This document shows positions 17,418 through 28,146 of a stretch of DNA of 64,000 bases, piece after piece. Where the stretch lies: IMG/VR virus record IMGVR_UViG_3300032295_004069; one strand, written 5' to 3'. The number at the start of each line of letters is the position of its first letter. Positions within the stretch are counted from its first letter, which is position 1. The notes under the pieces were generated by a model. The model saw nothing but the letters and a program-made list of their open reading frames with translations. It was not told the origin of the DNA and searched no databases. Both the position numbers and the translations under genes were made by a program. The DNA comes from a virus. Lineage: Duplodnaviria; Heunggongvirae; Uroviricota; Caudoviricetes.

Positions 17418-18143
17418 ATGAAAAAAATTACACTTCTACTCCTACTTTCCGCCCTGTTTATCGGGTGCGTGAAAAAAAATGAAATGCTCCCTACTAACAC
17501 CTTGGATAATGGTTTAGTTGCTTATTACCCATTGGATGGTAATGCCAAAGACATGACTCGTTTTTCTAATCATGGTCAAATCAGTGCAGATGTTTACCCC
17601 GACCGAAAGGGTCTTGCCAACAAGTCTTATAATTTTGACTCGGATAGTTCCTATTTTCAGTCTTCAAATATTCCTATTAGTTTGAACACGAATTATACTT
17701 TCTCATTTTGGATTAAAATGAACTCTTATGATGACGGTATGGCTGTGATGGAACTTACTAAGGATAAAGAATTCGGTAAGAATCCACAGATTTGGCAGTA
17801 TAATGATAGTATATTTTTAGTTCCTACATTTCAGAGTCACAATCGTATCTACATCCATTCCCTAAAGAGAGTTAAAGGTGGTGAAATACCCACTTGGAAT
17901 CACGTTCTTTGGACTGTTGGTAACGATACCACGAAAATGTATGTTAACGGTATCCAGGTTGATAAGAAGGCGGTTGCTTGGCCCGAATACACTAATGTTG
18001 ATTTAACTTTGGGAAATTCGGGTAACAACGGTGGTGGTGGTGCAAATTACCGTAACCAACCTTCTAAAGTTTCTATTGATGAAGTTAGAATTTATAATCG
18101 TGTGTTAACTAAATCTGAGATTGCTAAATTATCTCAGTACTAA
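17418..18143 (+). CDS. lipoprotein with concanavalin-A-like / LamG domain
   Basis: MKKITLLLLLSALFIGC lipobox signal; LVAYYPLDGNAKD...VDGV...DEVRIYNRVLTKSEI are typical LamG signatures. Confidence 0.7.
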   Translation: MKKITLLLLLSALFIGCVKKNEMLPTNTLDNGLVAYYPLDGNAKDMTRFSNHGQISADVYPDRKGLANKSYNFDSDSSYFQSSNIPISLNTNYTFSFWIKMNSYDDGMAVMELTKDKEFGKNPQIWQYNDSIFLVPTFQSHNRIYIHSLKRVKGGEIPTWNHVLWTVGNDTTKMYVNGIQVDKKAVAWPEYTNVDLTLGNSGNNGGGGANYRNQPSKVSIDEVRIYNRVLTKSEIAKLSQY

Positions 18144-18154
18144 TTTTTGTAGGG

Positions 18155-18895
18155 TTACTTGGATGATGAGTCTAAGTAACCCTTTTTAATTTCAGGGTTG
18201 TTCCAAGCTCTTTTTGTGTTGGGACCAAAGATTCCCCATCCTTTCTCTTCATCATCACCAAGTGTTCCGTACTTGTTGTGCCAACCTGGCTTGTTCTTGT
18301 CTAACCAAGTTTGAAAGTCTTTAACATCTAATTCATTATCAGATGATTTAACAGGTGTTATACTTGTTGGTTCTAGACCACTTTTCATTGACCCCACTGT
18401 TGTAAGTGCCCCGAAGTGTGATGAACTCCTTGAGTCAGATGCTCCGTCTACGATTCCTTTTCCTCTCCCCTGTGAACCTCCCACAAAAACGTTACTCGCA
18501 GGTACACCGTTTGAAACCGCAGAGTTAACAATTGATTTGGTGGTTTCTGAAACTGCATATGGTTCTATGATGTATAACTTATCTTTGTCTACGTTTGGAC
18601 TTTTACTTAAGTCATAAGCTTTTGTACATCCCGCACTAAAAAGGAAAACAGGAATGCCAGGGTTTCCTCCCATAAAGTTTAATACCTCAGATGTTGACGC
18701 GTTATATCTAAATCCTTTTACTCTTTTATCACCACCCAAACCCTTCTTAACCAATTCAACTTGTTGGTCTATTGGTTGGTCAGATGAACGATAATCTAAT
18801 CCACCAACTAAAACAGCATCGTAAGAACCTTCGGATTCTATAATTAATCCCATAACTTGTTTGATTCTTAATATATTCTCTTGAAGATTTCTCAT
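18155..18895 (-). CDS. hypothetical protein
   Basis: ATG at 18895; 246 aa. Confidence 0.45.
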   Translation of the reverse strand: MRNLQENILRIKQVMGLIIESEGSYDAVLVGGLDYRSSDQPIDQQVELVKKGLGGDKRVKGFRYNASTSEVLNFMGGNPGIPVFLFSAGCTKAYDLSKSPNVDKDKLYIIEPYAVSETTKSIVNSAVSNGVPASNVFVGGSQGRGKGIVDGASDSRSSSHFGALTTVGSMKSGLEPTSITPVKSSDNELDVKDFQTWLDKNKPGWHNKYGTLGDDEEKGWGIFGPNTKRAWNNPEIKKGYLDSSSK

Positions 18896-19443
18896 TTTGG
18901 TCTAATAACAATTATTTGTCCTACATATAGGTTTTCAGGAGTTATCGGTGTTTCATAAAAATCAAACCAACATCTTCTAAAGTCATACTTACTTACAATC
19001 CTCATTTCCTCTAAGTAAGGGTCTAAAATATAAAGGTTTTCATCATCATACCCTATCACAACCGAAGAATGTCCTTCGGGTGGGTCACCACAAAACCAAT
19101 CTACAATCACAGGTACATTCGCATCAATAAGTCTAATAACTTCTTCGATGGTAGAATTATTTTTAAGATATACTTTGAAACCTAAGGCTTCTGCTGCACA
19201 TGCCATATCTTCACTCTTACAACCAAGTTCATAGGTATGGTCACAAATTTCAGCAATGTCTTTCTCACTCATCATCTTTCCGTAATAAGCAAAAACCATC
19301 CTTAGAGAGGCTGGTCCACAAGTAGAATCGTCAGATTGAAGATAGTGTGGCACATCCAATATTTTGGTTGGAGTTTGATTCACCTCCTCCACAATCATTG
19401 AAATTAAATCAATTAGTTGTTGTTCTGTGAGTCTACGTTTCAT
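18892..19443 (-). CDS. stand-alone papain-like C39-family peptidase domain protein
   Basis: QSDDSTCGPASLRMV (Q...CG.A.L.M) and GHSSVVIGYDDENLYILDP (GHxVV...DP) match the C39 catalytic Cys/His region. The N-terminus MKRRLTEQQLIDLI itself resembles the leader motif. Confidence 0.55.
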   Translation of the reverse strand: MKRRLTEQQLIDLISMIVEEVNQTPTKILDVPHYLQSDDSTCGPASLRMVFAYYGKMMSEKDIAEICDHTYELGCKSEDMACAAEALGFKVYLKNNSTIEEVIRLIDANVPVIVDWFCGDPPEGHSSVVIGYDDENLYILDPYLEEMRIVSKYDFRRCWFDFYETPITPENLYVGQIIVIRPK

Positions 19444-19444
19444 T

Positions 19445-20074
19445 CTATTTTTTTATCTTAACACAGTTTGGATATTTTTTACCAAACATTGTCTTCATAC
19501 CTTTTTGAGTATAACCTTTCCAACATCTTTCAGTTAGTTCAGTTTCAACGAGACCTTTTTGGGTATTTAGCTGACTATCACCAACCTTAAGAAAATCAAA
19601 TACTACTTTAGCATTTCTGGCTCTTTTATCTGCCACAGGGTCGATGTAATCAATACCAATTCCATCGGCAACCTTTTGGAATACTTCTTTGAATTTTTCG
19701 TAATCTTCTTCGAATTGCTCTTTGGACTCAGGTGGATTGGACTTATCTATGTTTGGAAAAACTCTCACAGTATAATTCATTCTTGAAATTTTATCTTCAG
19801 GTCTAGAGAAGTTCTCCCCCCATTTGTCCTGCCAAACTGTTCCGACATTCATACCGTCAACCCCATCAAAGAACACTTCCTTACTTGTGTATTTGTAGAT
19901 TAGGTCAACCCATTTTTGAAATGCTTTAATCATTTTGTATCTATCAAATGAATCAGCACCTGGATGTTTTTTCTTATCTAAATTGATGTAATAATCATAC
20001 CCTTTTTTTAAATCATCAAAAGTGAAGTATTCTTGAATTTTCTGTAATTGGCTTTCTGTAATAATGATTTCCAT
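19445..20074 (-). CDS. hypothetical protein (MEIIITESQLQKIQEY)
   Basis: ATG at 20074 after TATATTTATCAAT. Confidence 0.5.
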   Translation of the reverse strand: MEIIITESQLQKIQEYFTFDDLKKGYDYYINLDKKKHPGADSFDRYKMIKAFQKWVDLIYKYTSKEVFFDGVDGMNVGTVWQDKWGENFSRPEDKISRMNYTVRVFPNIDKSNPPESKEQFEEDYEKFKEVFQKVADGIGIDYIDPVADKRARNAKVVFDFLKVGDSQLNTQKGLVETELTERCWKGYTQKGMKTMFGKKYPNCVKIKK

Positions 20075-20123
20075 ATTGATAAATATAATAAAATGTGTAA
20101 CTTGTTATAAGGTATTTATTGAT

Positions 20124-20396
20124 ATGGATAAGAATGTAAAATTGCTCGAAAAGTTCATGGAGAACTTTGATATGGACGGTATATGTGGATTTTGGATTGA
20201 TGAAGAAGTGGATGTACACGACAAATATTGGGTCTATATAATTATAGACTTGGACTTAATTGAGGGAACTAAGCCAGGTTTCGTTGCTCAGAGACTAAGA
20301 AATCACTTGAAATCTGAGATTAAAAAATTCACAAACATTGATGTCGAGATAGGTACTACCTCGAGAAGATGCTCCGAACTTACACAAACACATTAG
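20124..20396 (+). CDS. hypothetical small acidic protein ([11 protein letters not shown]...)
   Basis: ATG at 20124 after GGTATTTATTGAT; the track's 5' extension is unlikely. Confidence 0.4.
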   Translation: MDKNVKLLEKFMENFDMDGICGFWIDEEVDVHDKYWVYIIIDLDLIEGTKPGFVAQRLRNHLKSEIKKFTNIDVEIGTTSRRCSELTQTH

Positions 20397-21585
20397 GAAT
20401 CTCATCCCATGATGTCGTAAACTTCTGAGACATAAATTCTTGTCTCATCTCCCAATCTTTTGTTTTGTTAACAGGTGCCTGAACTAACTGAATTGAATTA
20501 GAAAACAACGTAGGTTGTTCAATATTTTCAGGCATAAGTTCATTGAATATAATCCCACATTTTTTGTAGTTTTTCCTTGAGTTATACATTTGTCTCAGGT
20601 GTGGGTATACCTGTGACCAAATTTGGTCTATATCACGTGTTTGTGACTCAAATTTAATCTGTTTTGAACTGTAATGTTTCTCACCCTTGTGGATGTTTCC
20701 ACTAAGAAATATGGTTGCTCTGTTGGGAGATATCTCGTTATCTATTAGTTTCTTTACACCGTTTTTAATATAGGTATACATCGCTTCGGCCAATTGGTCA
20801 AAGTCATTCACATCTTTTCCAAACGAACGAGTGGATGCAATGTTTTTCTTTAACTTTGGAATTGGTTTAACAGCATGGCAATACATTCCAAGTAATTCAC
20901 ACTTGGTTCTAAGACCATTAACGTTCATTAACTTTCTGACGATTGAATCAGACATCATAACAAACTGTCCAATACTTTCAACACCAAGTGTTTTAAGTTT
21001 CTTTGTCCACTTTCTTCCAATACCCCAAACCTCATCAACTGAAATTGTGTAAAGCGAATCTCTAAAATTTTGTAAACTCCAATAGGAACAAACACCATCA
21101 TAAGATGGTTGTTGTTTTGCCATATATGATGTAAGTTTGGCCAAGGTCTTGTTTGGACCAACACCAATTGAAACAGGAACACCTGTTAATCTCTTAACTT
21201 CGTTTCTAATTAAATGTAATCTGTCGAGGAGTTCTTCATCAGGTATATTTGAAAAATCCACAAAGCACTCATCTATTGAATATACCTCCACTTCGTTGGC
21301 GTACTTTTTAATTGTGGTCATAACTCTATCAGACATATCACCATAGAGATTATAATTGGAAGAGTAGACACAAAACCTATGTTCGTCCATATAGTCTTTT
21401 TTCATAAAGAAAGGTTCACCCATCTTTATTCCCAAGGCTTTGGCTTCTTGTGAACGAGCAATAACACATCCATCGTTGTTAGATAATACAACGGTTGGTC
21501 TTCCGATAGATATCGGATTAAATACTCTCTCACAACTAACATAAAAGTTGTTACAGTCTACAATACCAATTTTTTTATTTACCAT
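20380..21585 (-). CDS. umuC: Y-family translesion DNA polymerase, UmuC-like
   Basis: [60 protein letters not shown] align almost residue-for-residue with E. coli UmuC. Confidence 0.9.
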   Translation of the reverse strand: MVNKKIGIVDCNNFYVSCERVFNPISIGRPTVVLSNNDGCVIARSQEAKALGIKMGEPFFMKKDYMDEHRFCVYSSNYNLYGDMSDRVMTTIKKYANEVEVYSIDECFVDFSNIPDEELLDRLHLIRNEVKRLTGVPVSIGVGPNKTLAKLTSYMAKQQPSYDGVCSYWSLQNFRDSLYTISVDEVWGIGRKWTKKLKTLGVESIGQFVMMSDSIVRKLMNVNGLRTKCELLGMYCHAVKPIPKLKKNIASTRSFGKDVNDFDQLAEAMYTYIKNGVKKLIDNEISPNRATIFLSGNIHKGEKHYSSKQIKFESQTRDIDQIWSQVYPHLRQMYNSRKNYKKCGIIFNELMPENIEQPTLFSNSIQLVQAPVNKTKDWEMRQEFMSQKFTTSWDEIPNVFV

Positions 21586-22007
21586 TCTTTTTCTACTTTC
21601 TGAACTCTAAAGGTATACTCTTTATCGTTCACATTAAAATAATAATGACCACCAGCTTCCTGTGCTCTAAATTTCAACAACCATAACGCGGTGTTCTTTA
21701 ATCTTGGTAATATCTCTTCATTACCCGACCAACCAAGAGTGTGTATTTCAAGCAGTTTTCCATCCCAAATTAGTGCATCTTTACCATAAGTCCAAATTGA
21801 AAGAACATATTCAATAAGTTCTTCGTAGTTGTGAACAACAAACTTTTCACCATAAAACAATTTGCCATCAATTTCTCGGCTACCCCAATTGTCGATGTAG
21901 TTTAATGCTTCCTCAGTTGGATACCCATGTTCATCAAATAACTCCTCAGGATATGGTTGGAGTGGTAGTTGGTTGTTTTCCATGTGGTTTAGGTTTTCCA
22001 TTTTCAT
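21579..22007 (-). CDS. hypothetical protein (overlaps the upstream gene; real start may be an internal Met)
   Basis: 142-aa ORF between the thioesterase gene and umuC. Confidence 0.4.
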   Translation of the reverse strand: MKMENLNHMENNQLPLQPYPEELFDEHGYPTEEALNYIDNWGSREIDGKLFYGEKFVVHNYEELIEYVLSIWTYGKDALIWDGKLLEIHTLGWSGNEEILPRLKNTALWLLKFRAQEAGGHYYFNVNDKEYTFRVQKVEKEW

Positions 22008-22326
22008 CTAATAATACGAAAACTATTTTGTCTATTTTAATAATAGATTGTTTTGTAATTTTGTTTCTAACGTCACACGCGAGTGTGATTGAGGTTGTAC
22101 CAACTTTAACTAACTCCATACCGAACTCGATGATATCACCAAGAACCGCGGTTGATACGAAATTAATCTCAGACATTGCTTTGGTTACAATGTTTGGACT
22201 TCCCAATTGGCAGATTGCGAATATCGCAGCTTCCTCATCAATCCATTTAAGAACCTGTCCTCCGAACAATGTTCTTCTTGGATTCAAATCTCCTGGCTTA
22301 ACCAGCTTTCTTGTTCTGTATTTCAT
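21946..22326 (-). CDS. hotdog-fold acyl-CoA thioesterase-like protein
   Basis: RTLFGGQVLKWIDEEAAIFA resembles the YbgC/4HBT-type thioesterase N-terminus. Confidence 0.55.
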   Translation of the reverse strand: MKYRTRKLVKPGDLNPRRTLFGGQVLKWIDEEAAIFAICQLGSPNIVTKAMSEINFVSTAVLGDIIEFGMELVKVGTTSITLACDVRNKITKQSIIKIDKIVFVLLDENGKPKPHGKQPTTTPTIS

Positions 22327-22644
22327 TTAAATCTTATTTAATATCCATGAAACCCTACCCCATAAATTGGACTGACCTTCATATTTTCTTATTTTAAAAT
22401 GGTCTTTCTCGGTTAACACCACAAGGTCACCTTCCACAGGGTCAATAGAACGGTCTATAACGAGGATATTTCCCGTCATGACTCCAAGTGTACTTGGACC
22501 CATATAACGGAAATAAAAGGTCGTATAAGTGTTCTGAATGATTAAATCGTTAAGGTCTAATCTTTTGTCCACGTAAGATTCTGCGGGAGATGCAAATCCC
22601 GTGGTTCTTGACTTAATATTTAACTCTTTTGTTGCAGTTTCCAC
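22327..22644 (-). CDS. umuD: UmuD'-like S24 peptidase-fold protein (begins near the autocleavage site)
   Basis: TGFASPAESYVDKRLDLNDLIIQ aligns with UmuD CGFPSPAADYVEQRIDLNQLLIQ. The Ser (GPST vs GDSM) and Lys (KIRK vs VKK) are retained. Start is a GTG. Confidence 0.7.
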   Translation of the reverse strand: METATKELNIKSRTTGFASPAESYVDKRLDLNDLIIQNTYTTFYFRYMGPSTLGVMTGNILVIDRSIDPVEGDLVVLTEKDHFKIRKYEGQSNLWGRVSWILNKI

Positions 22645-22684
22645 ACCACAAAAATAAGAAAATATTCCTTAATTTCAAATGTTT

Positions 22685-23659
22685 TTAGATTTCCCCTATC
22701 AATACTTTCGGTTTCATACCCATAGCCATTGCAGTACACAACCTAGTATTACCAGCAACTAAGTGGTATCTATTTTTAAACTTAAGAATAAGTGGTCTGT
22801 CGTAGTCCCCACTCTCAAGAACTTTCTCTAACTCTAAAGGGCTTTGTTTGTTGTACTTCTTAGCAATGGCAATGACTTTATTCATATCACCTTTGTTGAT
22901 TGTATTACACTCAGTGTTTTCTAAATTATTTAACACTTTTACAGATAAGGTAATTTCTCTCGCATTATCAAAAGCCTTGTTAATGTCTTGCACAGAAACA
23001 TTCATACCTTCTTCTCTGTTAAGATATTGAACTACTCTCTCGATTTCGTGTTCTCTATCTATGTAGAATTCAACTTCACGTTTAATTTGCTGAAACTCAG
23101 AATAGTCTGAATCTAACAAATATTGTTTGAGACTTTTCAATGAACCAAACTTTAAGTATTTGAGGGCTTCGGGATGTTGGGCAACAAGGTCATATAACTC
23201 TTGAAAACCACTAGAATCAGGAGACAATTCGTTAATTTGTTTTTTATTTCTTGTTATCTGTTCACCAAATAATTTATTGATGAATTTAGGATGTCTCTTT
23301 TGAAACTTTTTTAGAAATACTGATGCCAAAACACTTGCCATGTTCTCTTCAGGTCCTCCGATATCTTGTATTTGTTCATCATCAGAAAGCCCCATCTTTT
23401 GAACTTGATATTCATGAACCCATTCATGTGCTAAAGTTCTAAGCACGTCAATCAACATTCTATCTTTGGATAAAACTTGAATATCGTGGTCAGGTCTTCT
23501 GACCCCAGTAGTCATTTTCCCATTTCTTTCTGTTACAAAAGCGATTGTTACGTCTTGAGACAAGTTCAACTCATCTTGTAACATTTTACAGAAACTTTTA
23601 ACTACAGGGATGGTATCCTTGAAATCTGTTTTATCGATGTTCTTTAAAGAAACTTTCAT
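22685..23659 (-). CDS. hypothetical protein with HExxH motif (AHEWVHEYQ), possible metallopeptidase
   Basis: ATG at 23659 after the TATTTATTAAAC motif. Confidence 0.4.
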   Translation of the reverse strand: MKVSLKNIDKTDFKDTIPVVKSFCKMLQDELNLSQDVTIAFVTERNGKMTTGVRRPDHDIQVLSKDRMLIDVLRTLAHEWVHEYQVQKMGLSDDEQIQDIGGPEENMASVLASVFLKKFQKRHPKFINKLFGEQITRNKKQINELSPDSSGFQELYDLVAQHPEALKYLKFGSLKSLKQYLLDSDYSEFQQIKREVEFYIDREHEIERVVQYLNREEGMNVSVQDINKAFDNAREITLSVKVLNNLENTECNTINKGDMNKVIAIAKKYNKQSPLELEKVLESGDYDRPLILKFKNRYHLVAGNTRLCTAMAMGMKPKVLIGEI

Positions 23660-23806
23660 GTTTAATAAATACTCATGAAAGAGGAAGGCCGAGGAAAAGT
23701 CCGAAAATTAATAAAATAAAAAGAATTTTGATAAATAGAATTTTCAGGTTTGATAAAGTTGAGCTTTGAATTTTGAATATTCGAGGTCATTATCATTTTC
23801 AATTTG

Positions 23807-23826
23807 TTGTCTAGACAAGCATATGC
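23807..23826. promoter_or_regulatory. adjacent palindromes TTGTCTAGACAA and GCATATGC in the promoter region of 22685..23659
   Basis: Read directly from the sequence. Confidence 0.35.
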
Positions 23827-23870
23827 TTAGCCAAATTTCTATTAATCCCTTTCTTAACCCGACCCTCCAA

Positions 23871-24308
23871 TTATATGTGAGTAGTTGCGTTATGAACGTC
23901 CAATTGTTCTTGGATTGATTCAATTATTTCTTCTAACTTAGAAATCATTGAATCTCTCTCAACAATACTAATTACGGCGTTTTTAGTGATAGTACTATCG
24001 TCAACCAACCTGTGATATGAACGAACTTTTCCTTCTCCACAATCCAAGTCTTTCAATTTTGAAACTTGTGATTTAAGTTCAGACATTTCGAAAATTTTAC
24101 TGTAAACAGGAGTGTTTGCTGTGTGAATCTTCGTTTTTAGTTCTACTAATTCCCTTGTAAGTTTAAAGTATTCGTCTAAACATTGCTCAACGTCATAAGG
24201 TCTGTTTTGACCTTCTTCTAATGAGTTGTATAGTTTTACCTTATTGAAAGCTTCAGTTATTTTCTGAGCCACTTTGTTTTTGTGTTTGAGTGCTTGCTTG
24301 ATAGTCAT
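23871..24308 (-). CDS. hypothetical coiled-coil protein
   Basis: ATG at 24308. Confidence 0.45.
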   Translation of the reverse strand: MTIKQALKHKNKVAQKITEAFNKVKLYNSLEEGQNRPYDVEQCLDEYFKLTRELVELKTKIHTANTPVYSKIFEMSELKSQVSKLKDLDCGEGKVRSYHRLVDDSTITKNAVISIVERDSMISKLEEIIESIQEQLDVHNATTHI

Positions 24309-24347
24309 AAAATTGAATTGTTTGAAAAATATAATAAACTAATATAA

Positions 24348-25454
24348 TCAGTCAAGTTGCTTAACTAAGTTAAGTGCTTGAGCAATGATTTGGTGCATAT
24401 CATAATAAACATATGTTGCCAATCTTCCACCAAAATAATAGTTTGGTAAGCTTTGGGTTAGACCTTTGTATTTCTCGTAAATTTCCGTGTTTTTGTCGTC
24501 TCTGATTGGATAATATGGTTCGTTATGACCATTGTAGTCAACGGGATATTCATAACTTACAACAGTTCCTTTTTGACCTTGAGGGTCAAACCACTTGTGT
24601 TCGAGAACTCTTGTGAATTTGGTATCGGAATCGGTATAGTTAACAACAGGTACTCCTTGGAAATTATCAACATTTAGAACCTGTGTTTCCCAATCCAAAC
24701 TTCTATATTCAAGTTTACCAAACCTATAGTCAAAGAACCTGTCTATTGGTCCTGTGTATATAACTTTATCCGCTAAAGAGTCGTAGTAATCTTTATCTTC
24801 AAAGTAGTCGGCATTTAACATTATGTTAGTATCCTCCAACATCTTTTCAAATATCTGAGTATATCCACCGACAGGCATACCCGTGAACTTATCGTTGAAG
24901 TAATTACTATCCCAAGTAAACCTAACGGGTAATCTTTTGATAATTGATGGAGGTAGGTCCTTACAACTTCTGTTCCACTGTTTTTCAGTATATCCCTTGA
25001 TGAGTTTCTCATAAATCTCTTCCCCAACCATGGACATTGCTTGTTCCTCTAAGTTAGTTATCTTCCCTTTGTATTTGGTCCTCTCAAGTTCTTCTCGTGC
25101 TTTTTCAGGGTCATTTACATCCCACAATTGGTTGAATGTCCACATGTTGAACGGTAAGGTGTACATATCACCTTTGTAGTTCGCAATTACATTGTGTGTG
25201 TATTGTCTGAACTCACAAAACTGATTCACATAATCCCAAATGAACTTGTCGTTTGTGTGAAATATGTGAGCACCATATCTATGAACATGAATTCCATTAA
25301 CATTTTCAGTATAACAGTTACCACCAATAACTTTTCTTTTGTCTATTATAAGACACTTTTTACCTTTCTTAGAAAGTTCATATGCACAAACTGACCCGAA
25401 TGGGCCAGCTCCTACTATGAGATAATCGTATTTTGTTTTATTTAATAGAATCAT
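24348..25454 (-). CDS. glf: UDP-galactopyranose mutase
   Basis: YDYLIVGAGPFGSVCAYEL...IDKRKVIGGNCYTE...HRYGAHIFHTNDKFIWDYVNQF matches the Glf N-terminal FAD-binding region closely. Confidence 0.85.
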   Translation of the reverse strand: MILLNKTKYDYLIVGAGPFGSVCAYELSKKGKKCLIIDKRKVIGGNCYTENVNGIHVHRYGAHIFHTNDKFIWDYVNQFCEFRQYTHNVIANYKGDMYTLPFNMWTFNQLWDVNDPEKAREELERTKYKGKITNLEEQAMSMVGEEIYEKLIKGYTEKQWNRSCKDLPPSIIKRLPVRFTWDSNYFNDKFTGMPVGGYTQIFEKMLEDTNIMLNADYFEDKDYYDSLADKVIYTGPIDRFFDYRFGKLEYRSLDWETQVLNVDNFQGVPVVNYTDSDTKFTRVLEHKWFDPQGQKGTVVSYEYPVDYNGHNEPYYPIRDDKNTEIYEKYKGLTQSLPNYYFGGRLATYVYYDMHQIIAQALNLVKQLD

Positions 25455-26605
25455 TTAAAATCAAATGTAAAACTTTCACTATCAATTGTATGTTCACTCA
25501 TTTTTTTTGTGATTCTTTCACGATATTCATTAAGAAAATTACTTGTGTTAAGGTAACATCTATCTTCAATCAAGAAAGCCAAACTTGGGAATGGATTAGG
25601 TTTATTACCATTAATCATCAAATCAATTGTTTCCAAAACCTTTTCATTATTTCCTAACTTATCGTAGTGAAACGCAAGGTAAATTAAATGCTCATTTCTT
25701 CTTGGTGAAAAAGGTTCCGCCAATTTGAAGTGTTCCTCAGCCTTTTGTGAATCACCAATGAAGTCATATGCCCAACCCATGACTATGAGTCCGAAATATG
25801 CCATCTCGTCTTCGTATTTTGGGGTCTTTGATTCGTTCCACTTGTGAGTCAATTCTAAAAATCTTTCATAATACCAAATTGACCTTCTAGCATATTCGTC
25901 TGAGTGTTTTTTTCCAAAGGGTAATTCACTTGATTTACCATAGCAGTCAGCATAACTCTTAGCGATGTACCATAAATGATAATAATCCTCATTAACTTTA
26001 TCACCAACCACCTTATCAATTTCGAGTTCCAAAGCGTCTCTAAGGAACTTTCTCGGCGCTAACCAAGTGTTACCATCTTGAGATACCAAATGTCTAAATC
26101 CATACGGCATGGTTAATCTTTGGAATCCTTCATCAACATCAGGAAGGTGTATTGTCTCGTGTCTCTTATCATGAGCAAAATACCAAGGGAATTTAGCATT
26201 CCAAAACCAGCATCTAAAATATCTCATACCACCTGTTTCAGCGGTGATATTGTAACTTTGAACCGTCGTATCATTGAGTATTGACCAATCGAAGTCTTCG
26301 TCAACTTTGAGTCTTTCGTCGGCATCCATTCTCAGAATCCAATCACACCCATGGTCTGTCTTTAAACATTCTTGAAGAGTGTGGTCACGATTCCAACCTG
26401 GGAAGTTCCATTCAATCTGATAAGTAAATCCAGGTATGTTCTTTTCTTGGAAATAGTTATCTATAATTTTTTGAGTATCATCTTTTCCGTTACATTGAAC
26501 CACATAATAGTCAACGTAAGGTGCAACAGAATCTAACATTCTTACAATGGTCGCGGCTTCATTACCCACCATTGAATTCAGACAAATTTTTGTAGTTTTA
26601 TTCAT
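25451..26605 (-). CDS. glycosyltransferase-like protein
   Basis: ICLNSMVGNEAATIVRMLDSV...DAD pattern of a GT-A fold; long C-terminal extension. Confidence 0.5.
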   Translation of the reverse strand: MNKTTKICLNSMVGNEAATIVRMLDSVAPYVDYYVVQCNGKDDTQKIIDNYFQEKNIPGFTYQIEWNFPGWNRDHTLQECLKTDHGCDWILRMDADERLKVDEDFDWSILNDTTVQSYNITAETGGMRYFRCWFWNAKFPWYFAHDKRHETIHLPDVDEGFQRLTMPYGFRHLVSQDGNTWLAPRKFLRDALELEIDKVVGDKVNEDYYHLWYIAKSYADCYGKSSELPFGKKHSDEYARRSIWYYERFLELTHKWNESKTPKYEDEMAYFGLIVMGWAYDFIGDSQKAEEHFKLAEPFSPRRNEHLIYLAFHYDKLGNNEKVLETIDLMINGNKPNPFPSLAFLIEDRCYLNTSNFLNEYRERITKKMSEHTIDSESFTFDFK

Positions 26606-27845
26606 AAATGTAGTTCATTACTCCCTCTTCATTAAAGAATTTTTTGACGGGAGTGTATTTTTGAAATTTATGGGAATGTCCCAATTCTTCGTCCCAATAC
26701 CAATCTTCAAGTCCAAATTCTTGTATTCTTTTATGAATTCTTTCATCATAATGGTCTCTGATTAATCTTGCTCTACGGTTGATATCAACAGAATTGTTAT
26801 CAACAGTACTATTTCGATTGTTGTATTGTAAGTATAACATTTTTTTCACATGAATAAATCTTGTGTGTAAAAAACTCCTAACAATAATTTCGAAGTCATC
26901 AGCAACAGGAGTTAACTTGTTATGTCCCCCAATTTTATAATAAAGACTTCTCTCCCACATTCTAATGTGGTTAGGCATTGAGATATTAAATCTAATTGTT
27001 AGTGGATTGATATCAGGGTACCAATGAGCCAAATATTTTTTACCGTCAGCCTCAACCCAACTGTGTCCTGCATATCCAAAGTCGAAGTAGTTATCGGGTC
27101 GTGCATACCAATTACCTGACCAATCGTGGTCATAGGACTTCATTTCACCGTCTTCATAAACCTCACAACTATCAGTGTATAGGAATCCTGCGTCAGGATA
27201 TTTTTTGATGGCATCATAACAGGTTTCCAAGCAATCCGAAACGAGGGCATCATCATGGTCTAACTCACAAACCCACTCTCCATCACATAACATAGCCGCT
27301 CTGTGTTTTGATAATCCAACGTTTCCACCAGTAAGTGGAAATATCTTGTGTATCTTTACTCGAAAGTCTTGATTAGATATTTTTTGAAGTTTCGTCCAAG
27401 TTTCATCATCAGGAGAATCATCAACAACAACCCATTCCCAATTTCTAAAAGTTTGTTTTTTCAAACTTTCATAGGTTCTGAAAATCCTATCACCCGTTTT
27501 GTAAGTGGGTGTGAATATTGAAAACTTTGGTCTGAAATACTTACAATTCCTAAAAACTGTTTGGCAAACGATTATGTTTGCAAGTACGTTATCAGGATAA
27601 ATTTCGTCCACGTGAACGTGAATTGAATGTAGTTTCGAGTCATTGATTTTTATAGGGTCAACTAACGAAACAATAAGGTCCGGTTCATACTTTGAATAAT
27701 CAGAGAAAACATCATCAGTGTAAGGTAAAGAAATTACTTGTACTTCGTCCTCCAATTCTTCTTCAAAGTAAACATCTGAATATAAAATATGGTCACCTTT
27801 GAAGTTCCAACCATAAACAATCGCACTAGGTTTTTTTGTTTTCAT
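26598..27845 (-). CDS. family-2 glycosyltransferase with N-terminal extension
   Basis: FSIFTPTYKTGDRIFRTYESLKKQTFRNWEWVVVDDSPDD...ELDHDD. Confidence 0.65.
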   Translation of the reverse strand: MKTKKPSAIVYGWNFKGDHILYSDVYFEEELEDEVQVISLPYTDDVFSDYSKYEPDLIVSLVDPIKINDSKLHSIHVHVDEIYPDNVLANIIVCQTVFRNCKYFRPKFSIFTPTYKTGDRIFRTYESLKKQTFRNWEWVVVDDSPDDETWTKLQKISNQDFRVKIHKIFPLTGGNVGLSKHRAAMLCDGEWVCELDHDDALVSDCLETCYDAIKKYPDAGFLYTDSCEVYEDGEMKSYDHDWSGNWYARPDNYFDFGYAGHSWVEADGKKYLAHWYPDINPLTIRFNISMPNHIRMWERSLYYKIGGHNKLTPVADDFEIIVRSFLHTRFIHVKKMLYLQYNNRNSTVDNNSVDINRRARLIRDHYDERIHKRIQEFGLEDWYWDEELGHSHKFQKYTPVKKFFNEEGVMNYIYE

Positions 27846-28146
27846 CTGTTGAGTGAATTTTTTTATTAGATGGTCTGTGTTTTCTTTCAGTTACTACTTT
27901 CATGGCTTTGGTGAACTGTTTGGCTCTTTCTTCATCCATTTCAGATTCTATTTTATAAATTCGACCATCACTACCATCTAAATTTAATCTTACACCATTA
28001 GTAGTAAAGATGGAATAAGATTGATATCTACATAAATTTGCCGTATCCCAAACTGTTGTTAAATGAATATCTTTCACTTCACCTTTGTTTACACCTCCAC
28101 GTTTTGTGAACTGAATAAACTTGTCTCCCTGTTTAAACATCTCCAT
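27826..28146 (-). CDS. hypothetical protein
   Basis: ATG at 28146. Confidence 0.4.
   Translation of the reverse strand: MEMFKQGDKFIQFTKRGGVNKGEVKDIHLTTVWDTANLCRYQSYSIFTTNGVRLNLDGSDGRIYKIESEMDEERAKQFTKAMKVVTERKHRPSNKKIHSTDENKKT

Noticed and set aside
18892-19443. Leader motif as a classical double-glycine bacteriocin leader cleaved by the C39-like protein
   Set aside because: The conserved leaders end in VIxEQ and lack the GG/GA cleavage dipeptide; kept only as a looser propeptide/peptidase hypothesis
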